Shown here piece by piece: positions 1 through 8,283 of a stretch of 32,000 nt of DNA. The number at the start of each line of letters is the position of its first letter. The first letter of the stretch is position 1. The notes beneath the pieces were generated by a model. That model worked only from the letters and a program-made list of their open reading frames with translations. It was not told where the DNA came from and did no database searches. The DNA comes from Desulfocapsa sulfexigens DSM 10523. GTDB lineage: Bacteria > Desulfobacterota > Desulfobulbia > Desulfobulbales > Desulfocapsaceae. A program made the translations under genes and the position numbers. The stretch covers positions 870,001 to 902,000 of the forward strand of contig NC_020304.1 of assembly GCF_000341395.1 (NCBI RefSeq), given 5' to 3'.

Positions 1-879
1 CAAATTAATGGTCGCCCGGGGTGAGGCTCCGGTTTCTATATAGTCGTGAAGATCAAGCTTGAAACTTCTGGGATCACGGGTGGCACAGACGAGCGAAACA
101 ATATAATCTTTTATTTTGTCATCCATATAAATGCTATCTACCACCCTGCGTGAAGCAAGAATATCATCCGGTCCGACGACAGGATTAACCACAACAACAG
201 AATCAGTATGATCAACGGCGTCAAGGATCATACGCTCCTGAGTCATGGATGGATAATCCACAATAACCTTCATCATAAACCTGTCTACCTGTGCTTCGGG
301 CAATGGATAGGTCCCCTCCTGCTCAATGGGATTCTGGGTGGCAAGTACCAGAAAAAGCTCTGGCAGACGAAAGGTCTCGTCTCCAATAGTCACCTGTTTT
401 TCCTGCATGGCTTCAAGCATGGCAGACTGCACTTTGGCAGGAGCCCTATTGATCTCATCAGCAAGAATAAGCGACGAGAATATTGGTCCCTGCTTGACCT
501 CAAAAAGCGTATCCTTAGGATTATATATCTGAGTCCCTATAATATCGGCGGGCAGCATATCCGGAGTAAACTGGATACGCTGAAAATCCGTATGTATAAC
601 CATAGCGAGGGTTTTTACCGCCAGTGTCTTGGCAAGCCCCGGTAATCCCTCCAGCAGGATATGTCCTCCAGTAAGCAATCCCACAAGGAGACGTTCCACC
701 AGGTGCTCCTGGCCAATTATGGATTTAGCCATCTCCCGACGCAACAGACCAACCCAGGAAGAGCTCGCAACAACGGATTCATTGATAGCCTGAATGGAGG
801 TATATCCTTCCTGCCGTACTGATTGGGGTGGAAGAGATGCAGATGAAACCGGATTAACAGATCTATTTTGCTCGTTCAT
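1..879 (-). CDS. MoxR-family AAA+ ATPase (partial, 3' end outside the window)
   Basis: Minus-strand frame from ATG at 879 is open to position 1 (293 codons) and reads [11 protein letters not shown]...[26 protein letters not shown]...[30 protein letters not shown]...[29 protein letters not shown]...[10 protein letters not shown], with Walker A/B and MoxR signatures. Confidence 0.95.
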   Translation of the reverse strand, partial: [293 protein letters not shown]

Positions 880-1140
880 GGAGACTCCTTTTAACGGAAT
901 GAGGGTATCTTCTTATCAGGACTAAAGAATACCACAGAAACATTACCGGAATATTACCGGAACATTACAATGCTGTAATCTTGTACAATTTTCTGCCAAC
1001 GTGTCTTCAGCCACGCATTATTTCACCAAAAACCCTCCGCAGTCCGATACGTTTTAAATTTGTTCATCCAAGCCAATTATGATAACATCATAAATAATCA
1101 TTCACGATCTGTTCTCGATTTTCTGGTTTACTAAGGAACC

Positions 1141-1977
1141 ATGTTTATGAGAAAAATCATTCCGTTTGTCCTTGGCATTTTTCTTTTTCTCCCAACAAAC
1201 TCTTATGCGCTCGAACGCTTTGAAATTTTCACCACCTCTCAATTGATGCAGCTGCTTCAGGACAGAAAGGATGGAAAAACGGACTTTCTTCTCGTCAATG
1301 CCCTTGACGAAATGATCTACCGCCACGCCTTCATCCCCGGTTCGGTGAATATTCCCATCACCCAGTTTGGGCAATATGCTCACAGGCTCGGAAAAGACAA
1401 AAATAAGCTGATAATTTCATACTGAATGGGCTACAGGTGAGTATTCGCCTACAAAATGGCAGTTGCCATTAAAGCAAAAGGGTTCACAAATATTAAAATA
1501 TACAATGGTGGACTGAAGGACTGGATACAATCAGGCAATCCCACGGAATCAATAGAAACCCTTCCAGAAGCAACCGTCCAGTTTATCGATGTCAATCAAT
1601 TAAGGATGCTTCTTTCCGAGGCTGACAAGACAAACTGTATGGATAAAAATGGTAAACCACTTCTTACACTTATTGATTTCCGTTCCTCCAACAGTGATTC
1701 CATAAAAAAAGGGGCAGATAAATATCGGATAGCAACAAAATGCCATACCATTTCAGCATTGCTTGATGAATTTATTGACAACAATAGCCTTATCGAATCC
1801 ATCCCCTTAGAAGGACTTACTATTTCTATCAGTGAGACAGGAAACAGAGACACGTTCCTTATCAGATATCTCTCCAAATGTTGCAGACCTGATATCCGAG
1901 GTCTTAAATACGGTATGAGAAGCTGGATAAAGGCCGGGTATCCTGTGGAAAAAACAGCCCATTCGGACACAAACTAA
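1141..1977 (+). CDS. Putative selenoprotein: exported tandem rhodanese-domain protein with two in-frame UGA codons (1423-1425, 1438-1440)
   Basis: ORFs 1141..1425 and 1456..1977 are in the same frame. Translating UGA as U gives signal peptide MFMRKIIPFVLGIFLFLPTNSYA, then ...DKNKLIISYUMGYRUVFAYKMAVAIKAKGFTNIKIYNGGLKDW..., which matches the rhodanese YCxGxxCxxSYKxA...GGxxxW loop with both Cys positions encoded by TGA. The second half looks like a degenerate rhodanese domain (LIDFRS...GLKYGMRSWIKAGYPV). AAGGA lies upstream of the start. Confidence 0.85.
1435..1450 (+). promoter_or_regulatory. Candidate bacterial SECIS hairpin for the first UGA
   Basis: AGGUGA-GUAU-UCGCCU: 6 paired positions (one U-G) with a 4-nt apical loop starting with G. 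The loop starts 15 nt after UGA 1423-1425. Confidence 0.55.
1455..1470 (+). promoter_or_regulatory. Candidate bacterial SECIS hairpin for the second UGA
   Basis: AAUGGC-AGUU-GCCAUU: 6 bp perfect stem with G at loop position 2. The loop starts 20 nt after UGA 1438-1440. Confidence 0.5.
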
Positions 1978-4284
1978 ATGCTTAAAAGTCTTCGTGCCAA
2001 ACTCCGCATGATGCTGTTTTTCCTCAGCATCATCATTGCGTTAGCATTTCTGAACTTTCTGATGAACCAACGTGTTGTGAAACTGGAACGTGACTATGCT
2101 GAAGTTGTTGCAATCAACAATAACTTTGCCGATAACCTTGCCGGTGAATATAATTCTCTTGCCAACCCTGAAAAATTCTCAGACTTAAAAAACAACTATC
2201 TTGTGTTATATCAAAGCTGTACAGGCTGTCACAACTCTAATCCTGGCGAAATAATTATCACCAGGATTGCTTTCCTGGAGGAACTCAACGAAAACCAGCT
2301 CACCGGAATACAACTCAGGCACACCATAAATAACAGGCTTGATGAGCTGACGAAAAGTGTCCGCTATATTCATGAGCATCACATTGCCAGCCTGAAAAAC
2401 TTCCTCCAGCGTAATCAATTCAAGGAAGAACCGTACCCCAGCAATAACAGCGAAAGAAAAGATCCAATAGCATCAGCCCCGGAACTTGATATCATTCAGC
2501 TGACAATAGCTATTCAGAATATCCTGGCTGATATCATTAGCAATTTTTACCTTCTTAAGGATACCCAGACCCCTCTCAAACTTCAAAACGAATTTCTGAA
2601 TAATATTTCTCGTTTTTACTCTACCATCAACCTACTGGAATCCTCTTCACTCGATGCACAGGACGGACTTCTGGTGGAAGAACTTCTTGATTCCGGAAGA
2701 ACATTTGAAAATTCATTTTCAATACTGATTCAACTTGAAGAAACAGAAAGAAAGCTCTTTTTACAGCTCCACGATAACCAGAGAAGGATCCTTGGTGTTG
2801 TCTCCGACGTGACAGGGAAAGTGAAAACGAAACGTGATCGGCTCCACAATCAACTAACTTTTTTGGAATACTCCTCTTTTCTCTTTATTGCCTTCCTTAT
2901 GCTATTGATAGTGAAACAGGGAAGAGGAATTATCCACTCAATCGATCACCTGGTTAATGAAACCGGAAAAATCAAAAAAGATCACACTTATCAAATCTCG
3001 ACAGCGCCAAACCAGGAAGAAGAGTTTCAAATATTATCACAGGCTCTGAATAGTATGGCCGCGAATCTTGACCTAAGAATTCAGAAACTTAACGAAGAAA
3101 CGCGCCTAAGAATCCAGGCTGAGAAAGACAAAACAGAGACAGAAATAAAGCTGCAACGTGCTAAGCAGATGGAGGCCATCGGAACTCTTGCCGGAGGCAT
3201 TGCCCACGATTTCAATAATCTGCTCACAGCAATCCTTGGGAATATAAATATTGCCACCTACTCTCTTTCTCCAGACCATGAAGTATACAACAATCTGGTG
3301 CAGGCAGAAAAGGCATCAAAAAGAGCTCATAAACTCACTAATCAACTGCTCACTTTTTCCAAAGGTGGTGCTCCGATTAGAGAAACGGCTCCAATTGATG
3401 AGGTTATCCGGGAATCTGCCTTTTTTGTTCTTCATGGCAGCAATGTTAACTGCTCCATAGATATCCCGGATGATCTCTGGCTGGTCAAGATTGACAGAGG
3501 ACAGATTGGCCAGGTCATCCAGAACCTGACCCTGAATGCCGACCACAGTATGCCAGAGGGCGGTACCATTTCCATCAGCTGTTCCAATCACCAGGAGACC
3601 CAGGACAGCCCGATGCTCAAAAAAGGCGATTATGTCCGGGTTACTGTCCAGGACCAGGGAACAGGCATCAAGGACACTGATATCTCACATATTTTTGATC
3701 CCTACTTTACAACGAAAGAAAAGGGAAGCATCAAGGGAAGTGGCCTGGGGCTGGCCATCGTCCATTCAATCATCTCCAGACACGGTGGATACATCACCGT
3801 TGCCTCGGAATTAGGCACCGGGACTACCTTTACTTTTTTCCTTCCAGCGGTAAATACAACAGCAGACCTGCAGCAGGAGCCAAGTGGTGATATTCTCTCC
3901 GGAGAGGGGAGAATCCTTGTCATGGATGATGAATCAATGATACTCGCCATAATGGAACACTCACTACCCTCTCTTGGGTACACGGTTGAAACAGCAGACA
4001 GTGGAGAACAGGCATTGAGAATGTATGAAAAAGCTGCTAGAGATAATACTCCCTTTGATCTCGTCATCATGGATCTCACCATTCCGGGTGGCATGGGAGG
4101 AAGAGAGACGGCTGAAAAAATCCTGAAACGCCATCCGGATGCCGTGCTTCTTGTTTCCAGTGGCTACGCCGAGGATCCGATAATGATCAATCCAGCAGAA
4201 TACGGATTCAAAGGGGCACTCAAGAAGCCCTATGAACTCAGAAACCTCTCTCATCTGCTTCATACTTTATTACAGAAAAAGTAA
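1978..4284 (+). CDS. Hybrid sensor histidine kinase with C-terminal receiver domain and CxxCH motif in the N-terminal sensor region
   Basis: N-terminal TM, YQSCTGCHNSNPG (2218-2232), second TM near residues 300-320 followed by a HAMP-like segment, H-box GTLAGGIAHDFNNLLTAI, N/G boxes (DQGTGI, KGSGLGLAIVHSII), and REC domain (RILVMDDESM...LVIMDLTIPGGMGG...KKPY). ATG immediately follows the upstream TAA. Confidence 0.93.
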   Translation: MLKSLRAKLRMMLFFLSIIIALAFLNFLMNQRVVKLERDYAEVVAINNNFADNLAGEYNSLANPEKFSDLKNNYLVLYQSCTGCHNSNPGEIIITRIAFLEELNENQLTGIQLRHTINNRLDELTKSVRYIHEHHIASLKNFLQRNQFKEEPYPSNNSERKDPIASAPELDIIQLTIAIQNILADIISNFYLLKDTQTPLKLQNEFLNNISRFYSTINLLESSSLDAQDGLLVEELLDSGRTFENSFSILIQLEETERKLFLQLHDNQRRILGVVSDVTGKVKTKRDRLHNQLTFLEYSSFLFIAFLMLLIVKQGRGIIHSIDHLVNETGKIKKDHTYQISTAPNQEEEFQILSQALNSMAANLDLRIQKLNEETRLRIQAEKDKTETEIKLQRAKQMEAIGTLAGGIAHDFNNLLTAILGNINIATYSLSPDHEVYNNLVQAEKASKRAHKLTNQLLTFSKGGAPIRETAPIDEVIRESAFFVLHGSNVNCSIDIPDDLWLVKIDRGQIGQVIQNLTLNADHSMPEGGTISISCSNHQETQDSPMLKKGDYVRVTVQDQGTGIKDTDISHIFDPYFTTKEKGSIKGSGLGLAIVHSIISRHGGYITVASELGTGTTFTFFLPAVNTTADLQQEPSGDILSGEGRILVMDDESMILAIMEHSLPSLGYTVETADSGEQALRMYEKAARDNTPFDLVIMDLTIPGGMGGRETAEKILKRHPDAVLLVSSGYAEDPIMINPAEYGFKGALKKPYELRNLSHLLHTLLQKK

Positions 4285-4298
4285 AAAGATTTTCAGCA

Positions 4299-6077
4299 GT
4301 GAATCATGATACCATGCCACTAAAGGATCCTCCTCCCATCAAAAAGGTGCTTGGACTCCTTGGACCAATCTACTTCAAACACCGCATTCGTCTCCTCTTT
4401 GGTCTGATTGCACTCCTTGGAGTCAATTTTCTCCAGCTTATAATTCCTCGTATTCTTAAAAAAGGAATTGATGCACTTGCAGATGGAACAGCCAACCAGA
4501 ACAACCTGCTCGAGCTCGCACTGCTTATCTGTTTTATCGGAGTCATTGCCACTCTGCTTCGTTTCAGCTGGCGCTACCTGATCATAGGATTCTCAAGATA
4601 TCTGGAACGGGACCTGCGGAAAAAGATTTTTGGCCATGTCATGACCATGGATGGAAGTTTTTTCTCCAAATATAGTACAGGTTCCATTATGGCCCACGGA
4701 AGCAACGACCTCGCGGCTGTTCAAATGGCTTGCGGCATGGGCCTCGTTGCTGCCATTGACGCCCTTGTAATGTCAATTGCGGCCATTGCCTTCATGGCCA
4801 ACATTCATTTACGCCTTACACTGCTGGCCCTTTTACCCATGCCAATTCTGGCTCTGGCTACCCGTTATCTTTCGGGACAACTGCACCATCGTTTTGATCG
4901 TGTCCAGGGACAGTTCGCCAGCATGACCGAGTTCGCAAGATCCTCCATCGCATCCATTCGCCTGCTTAAGGCCTACACTCTGGAGACATCACAGAGTAAA
5001 CGCTTTGCCCATCTTGGCCAGAAATATGTCCACTCCAGCATTCGGGTGGCAATCATTCAAGGCCTGCTCTTTCCCATAGCGACTCTTGTCGGGAGTTTCG
5101 GCATGTTGCTGGTACTCTATTTTGGTGGTCGGCTAGTCATCCTGAAAACAATTACCATGGGTGATTTTGTAGCCTTTATAACCTACCTCTATATGTTGAT
5201 CTGGCCCATCATGGCAGTTGGATGGGTGGCCAATCTTTCCCAGAGAGGAGCAACATCACTGCGCCGAATTTACCTCCTTCTTTCAGTTCCATCACAGCTT
5301 CCACCCGGCATCACTGGTCACCGACCAGATAGTTCCCTGTTTCACCTCCATAGGCTCAACTTCAACTATCCAGAATCAGAACGAAGGATACTTAAGGATA
5401 TCACTCTTGATATCCCGCCGGGAATCCTCGGCGTCACAGGTCCCACAGGATGCGGCAAGACCAGTCTCTGCCAGGTGCTGGCCCGTGTCTACCCTATAGC
5501 TGACCAGAGCCTCTTTTTAGGCAGAACAGATATCAACGATCTCCCCCCCGAAACCGTAAAATCTTTGATCAGTTATGTGAGCCAGGAAGCCCTGCTCTTT
5601 TCGAGCTGTCTTCGTGACAACATCGCCTTTGGGAATCCCGATGCATCCATGGAACGAATTGTTGCAGCAGCAACAGCGGCCGCTGTCCACGATGAAATAA
5701 TGGCTCTCCCTCACGGATACGAGAGTATGATTGGGGAAAAAGGCGTTACCCTCTCAGGAGGGCAGCGTGGCAGGGTCGCCCTTGCAAGAGCCATCCTCTG
5801 CGACAGGCCCATTATCATAATAGATGACGGCCTTGCCGCCGTGGACACGAGCACGGAACAGGAAATAATCGAAAATATCACACCATGGCTCAAAGGGAAA
5901 TCGGTCGTCTGGGTCAGTCAGCGAACCAAACAGCTTGCCCGAACAGACAGGGTTCTTGTTTTGGAAAACGGAAAAATCAGTGCCCTCGGCCCCTACAATG
6001 AGGTTGTTCGGGAAAATGCCTTCCTCGCCGAGATCAGCCGCAGACAAGAGCTTCAGGGAGAAGGCAACAATGCGTAA
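4299..6077 (+). CDS. ABC transporter, fused permease/ATP-binding half-transporter (exporter type)
   Basis: N-terminal ABC TM domain; Walker A GPTGCGKTS, signature LSGGQRGRVALARAI, Walker B PIIIIDDGLAAVD. Confidence 0.93.
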   Translation: MNHDTMPLKDPPPIKKVLGLLGPIYFKHRIRLLFGLIALLGVNFLQLIIPRILKKGIDALADGTANQNNLLELALLICFIGVIATLLRFSWRYLIIGFSRYLERDLRKKIFGHVMTMDGSFFSKYSTGSIMAHGSNDLAAVQMACGMGLVAAIDALVMSIAAIAFMANIHLRLTLLALLPMPILALATRYLSGQLHHRFDRVQGQFASMTEFARSSIASIRLLKAYTLETSQSKRFAHLGQKYVHSSIRVAIIQGLLFPIATLVGSFGMLLVLYFGGRLVILKTITMGDFVAFITYLYMLIWPIMAVGWVANLSQRGATSLRRIYLLLSVPSQLPPGITGHRPDSSLFHLHRLNFNYPESERRILKDITLDIPPGILGVTGPTGCGKTSLCQVLARVYPIADQSLFLGRTDINDLPPETVKSLISYVSQEALLFSSCLRDNIAFGNPDASMERIVAAATAAAVHDEIMALPHGYESMIGEKGVTLSGGQRGRVALARAILCDRPIIIIDDGLAAVDTSTEQEIIENITPWLKGKSVVWVSQRTKQLARTDRVLVLENGKISALGPYNEVVRENAFLAEISRRQELQGEGNNA

Positions 6078-7872
6078 CTTCGGATATTTTGAAGAAGATT
6101 ACACTCCCAAACTTTCCGAGAAGGGATTATGGCGCCGTATCCTCGGCTACATCCATCCCTTCAGGATTCCCTTCACCGGTGCGATCCTGCTCTCCCTTTT
6201 TGTCACAGTCTCAGCGCTCGGCCTCCCCTGGATAATGCAGCGGGCTATTGATCTCTACATAACCAGCCCCATGCTCGATTTTGAACTACGCATGACAGGA
6301 CTCAGTACCAGTGTAATGCTCTACGGAGGGTTAATGCTTATCGGTTTTGTCACTGCTTTTCTCCAGGTCTTGCTCCTTGAATGGATCGGACAATCAATCA
6401 TGCACAGACTGCGCCAGGATCTTTTCAGTCATCTTCTCCAGGTCGAACTGCAGTTCTTCAACACCCAGCCGGTTGGCCGCCTGGTAACCCGCTTGACAAA
6501 TGATGTCCAGAACATGCACGAGATGTTCACATCCATCATGGTAACGATATTCAATGACCTCCTCCGCATGTGCGGCATCCTTGTCCTGCTTCTCTATATG
6601 AATATTCGGCTCGGCCTCCTTCTCTGCCTCTTTGTTCCACTTGCCGTCGTGGTTACCATTCTCTTTTCCAGACTCGCCAGGAATCATTTCCGAGCCATAC
6701 GAAAACAGCTTTCCAAAGTAAACGCATTTGTCCAGGAAGCTGTTTCAGGAGTCTCCCTGGTACAGCTGTTTGGAAGGAGTAGCGATCTCAAACGGAAGTT
6801 TGCAGGGCTTAACGACGATTACATGACAAAAACTCTGCGCCAGATCCGCCTCTTTGGTACATTTATGCCCATCACCGAACTGATGAGTTCGCTGGCAGTT
6901 GCGCTGATTCTCTGGTATGGCGGAGGAGAGATTATCCGTAAGCAACTGACCCTGGGAGAGCTGGTTGCTTTCCTCTCCTATATGCGCCTCTTCTTCCAAC
7001 CGCTCCGGGAGCTTTCACAAAAATATTCCATTGTCCAGTCCGCCCTTGCCTCCGCGGAACGGATCTTTCATCTACTGGATACAGACACCGAGGAACAGAA
7101 CATTTCAGAGGCTGAAAAAAACAGCCCTTTGTCACTGGATGGCGAGCTCTGTTTCAATGAAGTAAACTTCTCCTATCTTCCCGACCAGCCAGTCCTCCAT
7201 GATATCTCTTTTACGGTTAAAAAGGGCGAGACCATAGCCATAGTCGGCGCCACCGGAAGCGGGAAATCCACCCTTCTCAATCTTATGCTCCGTTTTTATG
7301 AACCAGACAGCGGTACCATCAGCCTTGGTGCGCACTTTCTTACTGATGTACCAAAAAAGACACTGCGCCGGGAAATCGGTGTTGTAATGCAGGAAATGCT
7401 TATTCTCCAGGACACCCTGTTGAACAATATTGTTCTTGATACAGGAAAAAGCCGAAAAGAGGTAACAGAACTGCTGCAACAGACCCAATTGATAGAATTT
7501 GTTACCAACCTCTCCATGGGACTCGATACACTTATAGGAGAAGGTGGACAGGCCATGTCAACCGGAGAAAAACAACTCCTCGCCATCGCCAGAGTATTAT
7601 GCCGCAATCCATCTCTGCTGGTACTTGACGAAGCCAGTTCTGCCATTGATTCCAAAACTGAAAAACTTCTGGAACGACCGCTTGAGCACTGTTTCAAAGA
7701 TAAAACCGTGTTAATTATCGCTCACCGCCTCTCCACCGTACAGCGTGCCGATCGAATCATTGTACTTGACAAGGGCAGGATCATGGAACATGGCAGCCAT
7801 GCCTCCCTCCTTGCCAGGGACGGGATTTACAGAAAACTGGTCGCTCTTGATTTCGGATCGGGAATTTCATAA
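6070..7872 (+). CDS. ABC transporter, fused permease/ATP-binding half-transporter (exporter type), probable heterodimer partner
   Basis: Start assigned at MRNFGYFEEDYTPK (ATG 6070), overlapping the previous gene by 8 nt. Walker A GATGSGKST, signature variant MSTGEKQLLAIARVL, Walker B LLVLDEASSAID. The track ORF starting at 5935 is N-terminally overextended. Confidence 0.92.
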   Translation: MRNFGYFEEDYTPKLSEKGLWRRILGYIHPFRIPFTGAILLSLFVTVSALGLPWIMQRAIDLYITSPMLDFELRMTGLSTSVMLYGGLMLIGFVTAFLQVLLLEWIGQSIMHRLRQDLFSHLLQVELQFFNTQPVGRLVTRLTNDVQNMHEMFTSIMVTIFNDLLRMCGILVLLLYMNIRLGLLLCLFVPLAVVVTILFSRLARNHFRAIRKQLSKVNAFVQEAVSGVSLVQLFGRSSDLKRKFAGLNDDYMTKTLRQIRLFGTFMPITELMSSLAVALILWYGGGEIIRKQLTLGELVAFLSYMRLFFQPLRELSQKYSIVQSALASAERIFHLLDTDTEEQNISEAEKNSPLSLDGELCFNEVNFSYLPDQPVLHDISFTVKKGETIAIVGATGSGKSTLLNLMLRFYEPDSGTISLGAHFLTDVPKKTLRREIGVVMQEMLILQDTLLNNIVLDTGKSRKEVTELLQQTQLIEFVTNLSMGLDTLIGEGGQAMSTGEKQLLAIARVLCRNPSLLVLDEASSAIDSKTEKLLERPLEHCFKDKTVLIIAHRLSTVQRADRIIVLDKGRIMEHGSHASLLARDGIYRKLVALDFGSGIS

Positions 7873-7940
7873 CGACATATCCGGGGACCTCTTCCCAGCT
7901 TGACAGAGAGTCAAAATTCATTTACACTCCGGCCTAATTT

Positions 7941-8102
7941 TCAGGTTCCATGCAAATGGAGAATAAGGGAACCCGGTGTAAATCCGGGACGGGCCCGCCG
8001 CTGTAATCGGGGACAGTAGCTGCATAGTGTCACTGGTCGTAAGACCGGGAAGACGCAGCTATATGGTTGATCCGAAAGTCAGAAGACCTGCCTGAAGACA
8101 AC
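7941..8102 (+). ncRNA. Cobalamin (adenosylcobalamin-type) riboswitch aptamer
   Basis: Contains GGUUCC...AAUAAGGGAACCCGGUGUAAAUCCGGGACGGGCCCGCCGCUGUAAUCGGGGAC...CACUGGUCGUAAGACCGGGAAGACG...GAUCCGAAAGUCAGAAGACCUGCCUG, the conserved B12-box and flanking helices. Confidence 0.96.
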
Positions 8103-8192
8103 GGTACAACCGGGTGCAATCCGGTTATGAGGTACTATGCTGAAATCTCCGTGGACAAGAGATTCCCAGCCATATCTGTGGAATTAAAGGGC

Positions 8193-8232
8193 ATCCCCGG
8201 ATCAATAGTCTATTGGTCCGGGGATTTTTTTT
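8193..8232 (+). terminator. Intrinsic terminator, probable riboswitch expression platform
   Basis: ATCCCCGGATCAAT-agtct-ATTGGTCCGGGGAT (14 bp stem, one G-U) followed directly by a T-run, between aptamer and receptor start codon. Confidence 0.88.
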
Positions 8233-8283
8233 GTCTTTTTGACAAACATCTCTTCGGGCATTTTATTCAAAAGAGGAAAGAAA

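Noticed and set aside
208-645. 145-aa plus-strand ORF
   Set aside because: Lies antisense to the clearly conserved MoxR gene; composition looks like shadow coding.
1141-1425. Annotation of the rhodanese as a frameshifted or nonsense pseudogene
   Set aside because: No frameshift exists; both interruptions are TGA, at exactly the two active-site Cys columns, with suitable hairpins. Random decay would rarely do this. Cannot be fully excluded without genome-wide sel genes.
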